Shown here: positions 51,770 through 63,564 of the stretch, piece after piece
Layout: every line of letters starts with the position of its first letter
How positions within the stretch are numbered: the first letter of the stretch is position 1
Assembly: GCA_964016885.1 (NCBI GenBank)
Contig: OZ024748.1
Span: forward strand, 25,172,001 to 25,236,000
Length of the DNA: 64,000 nt
From: Eledone cirrhosa
Taxonomy: Eukaryota
Direction of reading: 5' to 3'
Made by a program: the position numbers and the translations under genes
Notes under the pieces: model-generated
What the model saw: only the letters and a program-made list of their open reading frames with translations
The model's database searches: none
What the model was told of the DNA's origin: nothing

Positions 51770-54700
51770 TCAAAATTTCATAGATTCTATATTATGTGAG
51801 ATAATGTAAGGATTATGAAAAAAAGTCCTGCAAAACATTTCGCAAAGGGATAATATATACAAAATAACGACAACAATAATAACAGCAATAATAATTTTAA
51901 AAAAAGAAAGAAAAGGAAACAAAAGAAAAAAAAAAATAGGAAAATATAGAGAAAAAAGAGAAAAAAGAAAAAAAAGAAAGAAAAAAAGAATGGGAACGGG
52001 AGAGGATGACAAGAGCTCTGGTGTCACAGAACAGACGGGATGGGTATGAGGGAGGTGATTATGCTTTGGACCTAGGGCATGGGGGCAGAAGGGCTGTGCC
52101 CCGCGGACAAGACCGCAAAAGCATTCCAGCGGACAATGGCCAGTGACACCCGCTGTAACAGCCACCCAACCTCGCGGGGTTCCTTCCTCAGACAGGCTGC
52201 CGACATAACGATCTTGCGAAAGAACTCGGCTGTATGGGGTCCAAATACGCCTGAGGTCTCGACGGCGACCAGTGCGAAGAGGAAGTGTCCGAGCAAACCC
52301 CGGTATTTTTTTTATTTTACGTTCTTCTGCGAAGCGGGCTACGATGCCGGGGTTTGTGGCCGAAGCGACTAAGTTGGAGGCGGAGAACGTGTCGCAGCAG
52401 GCGGCGTCCCAGATGAGGGATCTACCTCCTTCGAATTGGAAGAGGGTGATTCCATCAGGGCGCTTGCTATTTCCGCGGTCTAGGCCAGCTGGCTCCAGTT
52501 GAGATGGAAAGCCAGCTGCGTCCAGGCTCCTTCTCAGTATGTCGTTGAGAGCGGCGTATCGGGGAAACCAGCCTGTGCTCTGGTGGCAAGACAGAGGGTG
52601 CAGGCCAAACTTGTCAACAACTGCCCTGCAGCGGCATTTATGTGGCTCACACACGTGAGCCACGTGGGCTACTCTGATGCGAGTGCACTCATCATCAAGA
52701 AAGGCACCGGTTGATGTGGGTGACACCGAATTGAGTCATGTGCTGCTGTTGGGCTGAGAAGCAGAGCGGAGGCAGGCGAGGCAGTGTTGGTTCAAGCCAG
52801 ACTTGATCCGCCTGGCAGAAGACCTGCAATTGATGTCGTTCCAGTTACGTTGGACCGTAGTATACAAGAGGATAGTGAGGCCTTGGCCTGTTAAATCTCA
52901 GGGCCAGGTCAGGTTCGGCCGCCTGCCTGAGAACCTCGCTGACGAGCGCGACTGGAGGAGATAGAGGAGAGGTAGGCAGCTAAACCTAGATCCAAAGCCG
53001 ATAGGAGGCCGAGGCCACCGAACCTCGCTGGGAGCTTCGCCAGTTGCCAGCCTGCACTGTCGAAACCGACATTGTAGATGAATTCCGCACAGCGTCGGAT
53101 GGTGGGGTCAAGGTGCAAGAGCGTAATATGAGCGTCAATGAGGCGCAGGCATTCTCTTATGGCTTTCGGGAGAATGGGGGAGCCGAGAATGCATGCGGCA
53201 TCCTTGTCAGCCGAGCTCCGGCCAGGGTGGGATGGGAGCAGAGAAAGGCGTTGCGGAATTCGGCCTCTCCGTAGCTGTTTGTCACCTCAGACTTAGTTGT
53301 GTTGATCTCAAGTTCAAGGAGCTTTAGAGCTGGGATGATTTATCGAACGTCCGCAACTACCGTCTCAGCCGGGTCCCAGGGTCGCGTTGTCGAGGTACCA
53401 GATGTTGAGGGGTGACCGGACCGACCGGGCTACGTCGTCGACTGCCAGCACGAACAGGAGCGAGCCGAGTGGGTCCCCCTGCTGGACACCAGTGGCGGAA
53501 GTAACTCTGTTGTTAGCGGCCATGAGTGAGCTGGGTGTTCGTATGAGAGGTGGACGAGGGGGTAGATGGAGGGGGTTCGTCTAAGACATGTCTCTATGAT
53601 GTGATCCCATCTAATGCTGTTGAAGGCGTTAGTCATGTCCAGCTTCACGATGAGGTGGGGTGACGAGGGAGGTGCGTGCTCTATGAAGTGTCTGGCCGCA
53701 TGAGCTGCGGCCTCTCAACCGCACTTGATTCCCACTCTGAGCTGGACAGGGATTAGCACCTCGCTCAGGTCATCTTTGACTGACTTGCAAGCTACCTTGG
53801 CTGCAAGTCGTCGGAAGACATTACCCACTGCGATGGGGCGGACACCTCCGTCATTCTTCTTCAGGGCGGTCAAGCTGGCTGAGAAGAAAAGATCACGGGC
53901 ATGGTTGGGGTAGTTGGCGCGGAGGAGACAGTTGGTGAGGGCTGTCAATGACTGGAGCAATACCTGCTTCCGCCGCTGGTATTGGTCAGAGCACAGCGTC
54001 GCTTGAGGCCAGCACACGAACAGCCGCCAAAATGTCGCCCTCGATTAGTTTGAGGGTGACGCTGTCCCGAAGACGTTTCATGCTGTCGTAGATGAATTGA
54101 GGCGATGTGTTGGCACTGGTGGGCAGTACCAGAGTGCCGAGGCTCGCGGGCGAAGGGTCGCAGAAAGAGGTGACATTGCCCTTGAACCTCGAAGCCAGGG
54201 AGGTACCAGATCTGTCTCTCGCCGTCGGGTTCCCCAACAACAGGATCCCGAGTACGAGAGTAGCAAAACTGAACAGTCTGGTCCAGTCCCATGTATCGTC
54301 CGAATCAAGCGCTCAGTCGGTTGAAGTCGCTAGTGCTTCAGCCGCGGGAGTATGGGCAGACCTGGGGATCCTGGTGATGACTCTCCGCTACTGCCTGAGT
54401 TGCGAGATCGCCACCAAACACTCGTCCGAGTCGAGCGGGTTCAGGTCCCCGTTGGATCAAGCGCCCTTGACGACCTGTGGTGTCGAGTGGATAGGCATGA
54501 TGGGCAGTGCCACCGGTGCAAAGAATGCGACGCGCGTCTTGTCAGTTTGACGCAAGCGAGGTGGAAGAAGCTGTTGCAGTTGGAGCAGTTCCTTTTGCCA
54601 TTGCGCCTGTTGCGCGTGACGCACGAGTGGCACCGGACTACCTCCCGTGGGGTGGAAGGTTGAGGAAAGGCGGGCATTGCGTTCGGGGGCGAGGGGAGGT

Positions 54701-54908
54701 TAAATCTTCCGTCAAATGGGTAAGGAGAAGAGATGCCTGGATCGCATGGAATGGGAGGGAGCTAGAACAGAGGATTGTAATCTGTGTTTGGGGGTGAGTG
54801 CATGCATGATGTTGAGTGTCCAAGCACCCAAAGCAGCAAGTGCAATAACAGTGAAACAAATATATAGAACAGTGAGTCACAAAGACGGAAAACTGAAAAA
54901 GGAGCTCT
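51770..54908 (-). mobile_element. CRE-like non-LTR retrotransposon (PHD-like finger, RT, Zn knuckle, RLE), near full length, decayed
   Basis: Frameshifted fragments: N-terminal C/H cluster (NCSNCNSFFHLACVKL...WHCPSC); RT motifs GGVRPIAVG, KLDMTNAFNS and WYLDN; CRC...HPLSC knuckle; RLE motif KRPDG...LIWD; C-terminal WLLQRVSLAIVRWNA; pyrimidine-rich 3' UTR. Confidence 0.85.
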
Positions 54909-55180
54909 GGGATTTTATTTTAATAAAAGTGTGTATACATTTTTGGAGGATACTGTGGTGTGGTGTGGTGTGTGTGCGTGCGTTTATATATATATATAAT
55001 GATAAGCAGGCAAAATTCCAGATTAACAAGACTCACTATTTAGCCTCAATAAAATGAATATTTAAACTTTATTGAGTACTCTTTTCTTTCGACCGTCAAC
55101 TACATAATATATATATAGAGAGAGAGATATTGAGGTAAAGCTTTTACTGCGAAAATACAATAGTATATATAGAATAATGT

Positions 55181-55432
55181 GCAGTGTTTCTCATTGGCAA
55201 TATGGTAATGAAAGTGATAATGTAGCATCTAACACATAATTTCACAACACGAGCATAAGCTTTTCATGTTTTCAGACCTAGCTAAATCCACAGGGACTTG
55301 ATTTTTGACAAATTTGTAGTAGGTATAGAACTAAATAAATTGTGAGATTTTTGGACACGCTACCATTTCAATAAAATTTAATTAACTATTAAAAAATGTG
55401 CCACGAAACCTGTAAAGGTTGAGAAGTCTCTT
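55181..55432. mobile_element. Degenerate hAT-like MITE
   Basis: Left end cagtgtttctca; right end tgccacgaa...aaggttgagaagtctct. No clean TSD. Confidence 0.45.
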
Positions 55433-56339
55433 CAGCTGTGTCAAAGACATGACAGCCTCCTTGGTACTGGTCCAAAAATAAAATGCACCGAAGCAACCCT
55501 CACTAGCAAGAAAAATAGATATTAAATGATGATGACTCTTAACATTCTGTAATTATTTACCGGAAAATATCTATAAAAAGATTTAATTCAAATGTTTATA
55601 GTATCTTTACTTGTTGACAGATCATTGAGAAACCTTTGTAGTAAACTAAAGTAATGGCTTAAATTCTTAATGTGATGCAGTCATCGTGCTGTTTTGTACT
55701 TTTCAAGAATGTCGCGTTAATGTGGTTTCATGTGGTACAGGACGCTACGAGTTAACCAGAAAACATTAGGATGACTTAGAAAAAGTTAAGGAATGAAAAA
55801 TATAGATGATTCAATGAAACAAAACTAGACATGAAGATTTGTCCATTGGTATATATATGTTTACAAAAATGTACATAAAATATTTCTCATTTTATCAAAT
55901 GAACTGCTATAAAGAATTCAATTTTTTTCTCTTTCCAAAATAAAAAAAAATATATTTACAAAAATAATACAATGATAAAAAAAATATTTTTACAATATAA
56001 AAAAATATTACTGGTACATATTAACCCCTTTACATTGGCACTAAGCCAGAAAAGAGAATATTGCTCAGTTGCAACAGTATATTTTATGTACATGTTTTAT
56101 GAATCCTCTGGAGTAGAATAATTTTGAACTCGTAATATATCAAAGGACAAGAAAATATCACATGGTCTTTTGCCCAGAACTACCAAATGCCATCGAACAC
56201 AGCCATCAAACACAGCCATCAAACACTGCCAACTTAATAGAAAATTGCAATGTACAACTTTTTTTTTCCATCACAACAGAAAATGTAATGTATTTAATAT
56301 AAATGTCACAAACCTTTATAACATAAAATAATAACAGCC

Positions 56340-56722
56340 ATTAAATCTAATTTTAAAAAGATTCCAGGATTTAAATCTGGGTTTTAAAAATAATCCAGTG
56401 TTTAAATCTTTCTTTTTTAAAGATTCCATCATTTAAGTCTGAATTTTAGTAAAAATTCCAATGTTTAAATCAAAATTCCAGTGTTGAAATCTGGGTTTTA
56501 AAAAATATTCTGGAATTTAAATCTGGGTTTTAAAAATATTCCAGTGTTTAAATGTGGTTTTAAAAAAGATTACATCATTCAAATCTGGGTTTTAAAGACT
56601 CCATCATTTAAATCTGGTTTTAAAAAATATTCCAGTGTTTAAATCTGAATTTTAAACATATTCCAGTGTTTAAATCTGAATTTTAAACATATTCCAGTGT
56701 TTAAATCTGGTTTTAAAAGATT
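56340..56722. repeat. Degenerate tandem repeat of about 29 bp, roughly 13 copies, downstream of CENP-A
   Basis: attccagtgtttaaatctgggttttaaaaa-like units. Confidence 0.88.
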
Positions 56723-56900
56723 ATATGGAGACTTGAAACAAATGATTTTTCTCTTAACATTTACTCATTTATCATTACACTAAATACATTGTTACTAGAG
56801 GCCTTCAAGCAATGAACATCAAAGAATTTGAAGAACTACTATTTTCTTATTACATACATAGTATGTGTACTAATAAGAAAAAATTAATAGAACATGCGTG

Positions 56901-56906
56901 TTTATT
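56901..56906 (-). promoter_or_regulatory. Candidate polyadenylation signal of the CENP-A-like gene
   Basis: AATAAA on the minus strand about 92 nt after the stop codon, with a second at 56980-56985. The AT-rich context makes chance matches common. Confidence 0.3.
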
Positions 56907-56997
56907 TTAATTTTAAAAAAATAAATTGATCAAAATTTTGTGGCACAAACATATTGTGGACATATGAAAGGAAAATAATTTTATTTTTTCTTATATT

Positions 56998-57231
56998 TCA
57001 AGGCCTCAGTTTTAAAACAAGTTTTATGTCAGTTGGAAAAAGTGTAACTCGCTTTGCATGTAAAGTACATAAATATGAATCAGCTAGAAGAGTGACTAAA
57101 TATACTTCTGATGCTTCCTGCAATGCCAATAGTGCAACACTTTGCCATCGGATGTCTGCTGCAAATTGTGAGCCAATTTCTTTCACTAGTCGCATGAATG
57201 GTAATTTCCGAAGTAATAGCCCACAAGATTT
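56998..57231 (-). CDS. CENPA: CENP-A/cenH3-like histone H3 variant, coding exon 2 (histone fold, 77 aa plus stop)
   Basis: A long polypyrimidine tract and acceptor TTGTTCTAG| precede [77 protein letters not shown]. This is an H3 fold with cenH3-type changes (Q68->M, F84->W, T107->S) and a CENP-A-like TLHAxRVTLFP segment. Confidence 0.92.
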   Translation of the reverse strand, partial: KSCGLLLRKLPFMRLVKEIGSQFAADIRWQSVALLALQEASEVYLVTLLADSYLCTLHAKRVTLFPTDIKLVLKLRP

Positions 57232-57277
57232 CTAGAACAAAAAAGAAAAAAAAAATGTTCATTTAACTCTTAACATT

Positions 57278-57735
57278 CTTTTGTTACCTCATCATATTGA
57301 CATTTCAGTGGGTTTATTCATGCCAGTCACCAATCTGGTACTTTTCTCAGACCCATGAAGATTAGGCTTTTTTAAAGGCACCCTTTACTCGCCTCATCAT
57401 AGCTACATCACTGAGTTGCGAAAGTTTTCTTGGGAGCTAAAGGTCACTCATTGCTCCATCTCCTTTAGTAGTTTTCCACTCTTGGTCCAGGGTTCCTTAT
57501 TCATCTGGCAGGAGGCCGCTTATATCACAACTAACCATCATATCTGGTGGTCGTATTGCTATCCACTGCCTGCAACCAGTTTTCTACTAGAACAGCTTGG
57601 CTGGTCTCACTTGGGGATCCAGCCACATCAATTGACAACTGTTGCTTCTGACAGGACCAGTCGGGAGGCATGTTTGAGGACTGCCCCCATGACCCTTTCA
57701 GGAATAAGTAGGAGGAGAAGAGGACAAAGATGAAG
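57278..57735 (+). mobile_element. Short RTE-derived insertion with a 13-bp TSD, near the CENP-A acceptor
   Basis: Flanked by aactcttaacatt at 57265-57277 and 57736-57748. The 3' part matches the RTE 3' end at 59040-59157 and ends in a purine-rich tail. Confidence 0.72.
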
Positions 57736-58159
57736 AACTCTTAACATTGTGTAATTATTTAGCTGTTATGATGGGCATCTAGCCATTACCAGAATGGAAT
57801 ATATGAGTGAGACCTGTCATGACATGACAGATTGTTTACCCTATACAAATATGGAAAATAGATGTAAATCAGTTATGGTGATGATAATGATGGTGATGTT
57901 AATGATTTAACTACGAACATCAAAACAGAGGATGAAGAGGAAATAGAGTGATAAGTTTATATACAAAAGCAGATCAATTGGGACTGGCTTGGAGGAACAC
58001 TTTGAGGATGGGGGAGAGGGAATGTCTGAGAATGATGGCACGCCACCATCACAATAATAAATGTCATCATTACTACCAGTAGTAGGAATAGCCAAAGAAA
58101 TGTTACCACCGCCACCACCTCTAAAAGAAACCTCACCACTGCCACCACCACTAACACTA

Positions 58160-59160
58160 GTAACCAAACAAACCTTTCCTCCTCGCGAGGTGGAGAGAAT
58201 ACATTGCTGATCTCCTAAACTCGATCATAACAGCATCTTCAGATGTACACAAAGTGCATTTGGGAGTGGGGACTAATCTATCAGAAGCTGAGGTCATATG
58301 AGCAGTTAAAGAGCTCAAATGTGGCAAAGTCGCTGGGGAAGATGAAATCTGGCCCAAAATGTTAAAAGCCTTAAATAGAGAAGGTATTCCCTGGCTGACA
58401 TGTGTATACCGGTTAAACAATGGCAAACGGGAGTAATAATCCTAATTTTCTAAAAAGGAGACAAGAGAAACTGTTCTAATTACAGAGGGGTCTCATTGTT
58501 AAACCACCCTGGTAAAGCCTATGCTAAGTGTCTGGCAAACAGATACAGAGAGATTGTCGAATCCAAGATGAACAGTGCGTTTTTTTGTCTCGGACTCAGC
58601 ACAGCTGACCAAATATTCACACTGTGGCAGGTATTCGAGAAATCGTGGGAGTATTGCCAAGAGGCATATTCTTGTTTTGTAGACCTTGAAAATACATATG
58701 ACAGCGTTCCTCAAGACCTACTGTGGAAGGCTGTACAGGAGTATGGGATCGATGGTAAGTTTCTTGCTGCCTTGATGTCTCTATAGAAATGCCCAAGTAT
58801 TTGTATTTGGATAAATGGTGCTAAATCGAAAACCATTCAATGTGGAAGTTGGACTCTGCCAAGAATGCATACTGTCAGAGCCACTACATCGCCGAATTGA
58901 GAGATCACAGCTCCGATACTATGGGTATGTGGTTAGAATGTCTCAGGAAAGAATCACTGGACAGATTTTACAGCCAAAAACCAACCAGCAGGAGACCCAA
59001 GGGTAGACCACGAGCAACATGGTTGGATAACATTCATGAGCTTGGCTGGTAACGCTTGGGGATCCAGCCGGATCAGTTGTAAACGGTTGCTTCTGACATG
59101 ACTCGCTGTAAGAAGTGTTTAAGGACTCTTCCCCTACGACATTTCAGGAATAAGTGAGCT
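58160..59160 (+). mobile_element. Decayed, internally deleted RTE-type LINE in the CENP-A intron (antisense to the gene)
   Basis: Fragments KKGDKRNCSNYRG, CFVDLENTYDSVP, QLRYYGYVVRM and RPKGRPRATW, interrupted by stops and frameshifts. Confidence 0.82.
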
Positions 59161-59726
59161 AAGAACTTATTCCCTATCTGTGTCTATTTACCAACGCCAA
59201 CATCGTTGTCGGCCCCACAATCACCACCATGCTCACATTCTTCTTGAGTTACTTCCCTTAGTGTGAACTCGTAATTAAAAGTTATCTCCCTTGAACTATG
59301 TCTGTGTAATTTGGCGTTTCCCCGCCAAAATTATATTTCAAGCAGTCAATTTAATATTTTAATTCCAAATAGATTGTTTATTTCTATAGAAAGGGGGCAC
59401 TTACATTGATATGCTTTATTAAAATAACGCGTGGTAATACGGAAATAAACGATGTTTACGATTGAGAAGGTTGATGAAACTTTCACTTCTGACAGCTTTA
59501 TATGTTTTGTATATATTATACGTGTTTGTGTTTTCGTTCTTTAAGCATTATATTATTACATTTTTATACAACTGTGAATAAAAGGTAAAAAAAAAACCTA
59601 GATAGGAATGGGGAAAGGTAATACAAGTTGGTGAAACATAAATCAATATATCAGTACATATATTTATATATATAACCAAAGTTTATATGGTTCGTTGATT
59701 ATTCAACGAATACAATTTTACAATAG

Positions 59727-59787
<61 letters not shown>

Positions 59788-59913
59788 AGGTGCATTATTG
59801 GTTGTGTAAAAAGGTCCAATAACTTTATGTTAACAATATTAAGTTCTCAGCGCTTTTGTATATCTCCAATTCCATTCAAGGGAACAGCTAGTTGATGTAA
59901 AACGGAGTATCAG

Positions 59914-60146
59914 TATCAAAATGAAAATCCGAAGGCAAGGTAAAATTCCAATATGGGGGAATGAATTCTGTGAGAGAACATCGTTTTTTTTTTCTCCCTC
60001 ATATCAAGAATTTGAAGACAATTCATTTTCACCTGATGAGATCAGTGATAATCGATCATGGCTTCACAATCGATCTATCTCTTATTGAAACATGTCGTGA
60101 TTAAATGATTGGAATTTTACCTTGCCTTCGGATTTTCATTTTGATA
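59914..60146. repeat. 39-bp perfect inverted repeats enclosing a hammerhead
   Basis: 59914-59952 versus 60108-60146. The right arm abuts (TA)n(TG)n. Confidence 0.92.
60029..60100 (+). ncRNA. Type-I hammerhead ribozyme motif with extended stem II, antisense in the CENP-A intron
   Basis: tcac CTGATGA [imperfect hairpin of about 47 nt] GAAA catg TC gtga. The core is intact, with a GUC triplet and palindromic stem III (acatgt). Confidence 0.78.
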
Positions 60147-60219
60147 TATATATGTGTGTGTGTGTGCGCGCGCGCGCGCGAGTATATATATGTATATATT
60201 TAAAAAGTTCATAACAAAC

Positions 60220-60390
60220 CTGGTATTTTTGTATTTCTAATAGAGCCTTTAACCGCTGTGAGGTTTTCCGACGTTTATTTCTTGTTGAATGTCTACGTAT
60301 AGCCCTGTTATCATCAATTTCATCAAATGGCGATGTAGAACCGCTATCATCTAATGGTCGATTCGTAGGTGGATGTTTACAACGAACCAT
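60220..60390 (-). CDS. CENPA: CENP-A/cenH3-like histone H3 variant, coding exon 1 (57 codons: N-tail and alpha-N)
   Basis: ATG at 60390 opens MVRCKHPPTNRPLDDSGSTSPFDEIDDNRAIRRHSTRNKRRKTSQRLKALLEIQKYQ. The start resembles H3 MARTK and the end matches H3 ALREIRRYQ. It finishes at a phase-0 donor CAG|GTTTGT and joins exon 2 in frame. Confidence 0.88.
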
Positions 60391-61861
60391 GTTGAAAGAA
60401 GTGATATAAAATTTGGAGAGCGACAAATTGTCTATTTATATTTAGAATAATGGGGGGAAATGTATAGTTTCTATGGTTGCGGTGTTACATAAAAACATGT
60501 CAACCATTAAATTTGTATTTTAGTTTGCGGGATGATATACTGAATAGTGTACGCAAAATAATTCTTAATCAATTGAAATTCCAATTAATTATTGAAAAGT
60601 TTATGCTTACTTCATTATTCTCCAGTCGTATTTTTGTTGTTGTTGATTGTTTTTTTTCTCCATAAATCATAATGGAGCTCGTAGTGATGATTTCTTTATT
60701 TTTTATATATTTATTCATATAGTAAAAATAATAGAAAATTATTCAATGAATTTTTTTTCCAGGAGAAACTCAGTGGCTTACTCTTAACTGATTACTTCTA
60801 TAATTGTCTCACCAGAAAGAAGGCATTGGCCGTACCCTGCCTGGCATAAATCCAAACTGCATCTATTCTAACTTGAATCTGTCCTTAATTAGTTGTGCTA
60901 ACCTATAGGCAGTGTCTTTCATGAGAAATATGGCCACAAAAAGATTAGTGTTTATATTTTATCTAAAAGTCTTCCGTCTTAATTTTAAGTCGTTTCTGTG
61001 GGGGGGTTCTGTTTTCCCTTTCCTTTATATTATATTTGTTTGTGCTTTCGTTCTATAACCATTGTATTATTATATTTCTTTTTATACAACAGTGAATAAA
61101 ACACCTATTGACATTACAAATATAATGTCATTGATAAACATATTTTCATTAAGAATCTTGTGTTCTGTTCCAAATACTAGCTTATAATGAGAAATTTAGT
61201 TATATAACTTTTTTTGCCCACGAAATTATTTGAAAACGCTAAACTGTATTTCATTAGAAATGTAGTAACGAAAGGATTAAGTCTATCGGTTTAAGTTTCA
61301 GTATAACCTTTTTTAATCCAACTGATTTTTTTCACGTGGCTTCCCCTTATAAAGGGAAGTAACAATAATTAAATTAGACAAGAATGCTGTGTTTTTTTTT
61401 AATTTTTAATAAATCAACAGCTGGTTGGCGAAAGAATTGGGAATTTTCTTTAAATGTCGTTGATTCATAAAGTATTGTCATACAGAACATTAGTATATGC
61501 TATAGCTGGAGCTGGCGTATGTATTAAACTCATCTTTTATTTACACATTTTTACTCCCTGATCGATATCTGTTTATAAACGTAGTGATTGTTAATGTGTG
61601 TTTATAAGCGTAGTGATTGTTTGTGTGTGTTTATAAGCGTAGAAATTCAGTAAATTAATGTGAAAACCAATTCATAATATTTTTTTCAACTCAAGCCGAC
61701 GCAGACTATCACCTCCCTGCCAGTCTTGTTATTTATCAATATTTACTGCTGGTAATTGCTACTTTACTCTATCATGGGTTTTCTTCCATAACAACGGCAC
61801 TCGTTCGAAACCCGTCTCTCCGTATGTTCATCGCTTAACATATATTTTTCTTGTTATCTTA

Positions 61862-62965
61862 TTTTTTTTTTATTGTTTATAATTCTTAGAGAATGAAAAT
61901 ATAAACAGAGCATATAAACAAATTCACAGCAGAACAACACAACAAACATGTCCCAAATATATACATAAATAACATTACAAATGCCTCGGTAACACTACAA
62001 AGGATGATACAATGAAAGATATATTCCTTCAATGCTACAATATTAAAGAAAATGTAAAAGAAGGGGTGAAGAACGGAGCCAACACCAGAGCAAAAGACAG
62101 CAACGTCGCGAGTACTGGGCAACCTCTCTAATGATTTTTGAGGCAAGCCAGCACACTCGCAGCGGTGCCTCGGGTGATGCGCTGAAACCACTAAGCACCC
62201 TCACGAGATTCGCCAGCCACCTCTATTAGGCGAGCCGCCAGTGAGAAAAGGAACCTCGCAGTCAACGGCCCGACTCCCCCAAACGTCTCGAAAGCTACAG
62301 GCTGAAAAATGTAGCTGGCCGACAGATCAGAGTATTTGAGGGTCTTACTCCGCTCGGCTGCAGAAGCTGTGGCTCTCGTCCTAACCGCAGCATCTGGGAA
62401 AGAGCAAAGGAGTCACTAACAGTGACGTCCTAGACAAGGCACCTGCCTCTCGACCAGGGGCACAGGGTAAGACCGTCAGGTCTTTTGCCGTCACTTCTGG
62501 ACAACCGAGATGGTTCCAAGACTGAGGGGATATTCGCCCAGGCCAAAGCTCTCTTCAGAATGAGGTTTAGCTCCGTGTGACGCGCGAAGCGGCCGGCATT
62601 CAGGCGGCAAGAAAGACCGTGGAGGCCTGTAGAGTCGAGGAGTTTGCCGCATCGGCACCTCAAACCCATGCAGACGTCGGCTCCCACTCTGAGGGCGATG
62701 GAGACACGAGGTTCGTCCAGGCTGAGTAGGCCACCAACGTTGGTCACGGGTAGGGCATCGACCCAGTCGCCTGAGTATTTGGCGCTGGCAGATAGTAAGC
62801 GGCACCTTGCAAACTGATCTGACTTGGACGAAGAGGGAGTCGAAGGTGGCCTTCGAACTTATGCTGTCCCAAGCTCTCTGACTTTGACTGTCCTCCACCT
62901 TCCCAGGAAGAGACAAGCCCAACTCACTCCATTGCTGGAGAGCTTCACCCAACTCCCTGTTGGAA
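61862..62965 (-). mobile_element. CRE-like retroelement, 5'-truncated copy (Zn knuckle, RLE, 3' UTR, poly(A))
   Basis: The ORF at 62430-62747 reads CRCGKLLDSTGLHGLSC...RHTELN...DGKRPDGLTLCPW. AATAAA and poly(A) lie at 61862-61875. A possible imperfect TSD is cttgttatctta / cttgttcatcatta. Confidence 0.85.
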
Positions 62966-63564
62966 CTTGTTCATCATTAAACATGTATCTTTGGTTTAGT
63001 GGAGAAAAGTAGTTGTTTTTGCCGCTTTGTTTGGGTTTTTGATTTTCACTATTTAACGTGTAGGTTTTGTTGTTTTTCTCTTCACATATCTTCAGATTAT
63101 CACTCAATCTTTTATGGTACCAATTTCTTAGAATTCCTCATGAAGTATATATTGTCTGTGGACGTATTGACACTTGAAATGCCGATAAAATGCAGTAAAA
63201 AAACAACCAAACCATAAAGCAACTCTGATTTATATAATTGTTTCTACTTTAGCCACAAGGCCAGCAATTAATACAGGAAAATAATATACTTTCCCTACTT
63301 TCTGTCTGCTAATTGGAATTGGGTGAAATAGGGGTGTTGAGTTCGAAAACAGTTGTAGTGCACCTGAGCACTTTACACAATAATTTCATTATTATATGAA
63401 ACCTGGGTGGAAATGGAGAAAACAGGTGTTGAAGTACAATTAACAATTGACCATATGTTCAAAACTGTTGTCTGCTAAGTTAAAAAATGGTGAGTCAAAT
63501 GAAAACCTAGACAAAAAAATATTGAACGTGACGATTTTTGAACAAACAAAATAATCTAATAATC

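Noticed and set aside
56998-57195. Canonical histone H3 or a processed H3 pseudogene
   Set aside because: It is too divergent, carries cenH3-type substitutions, and has an intact acceptor with a matching in-frame upstream exon.
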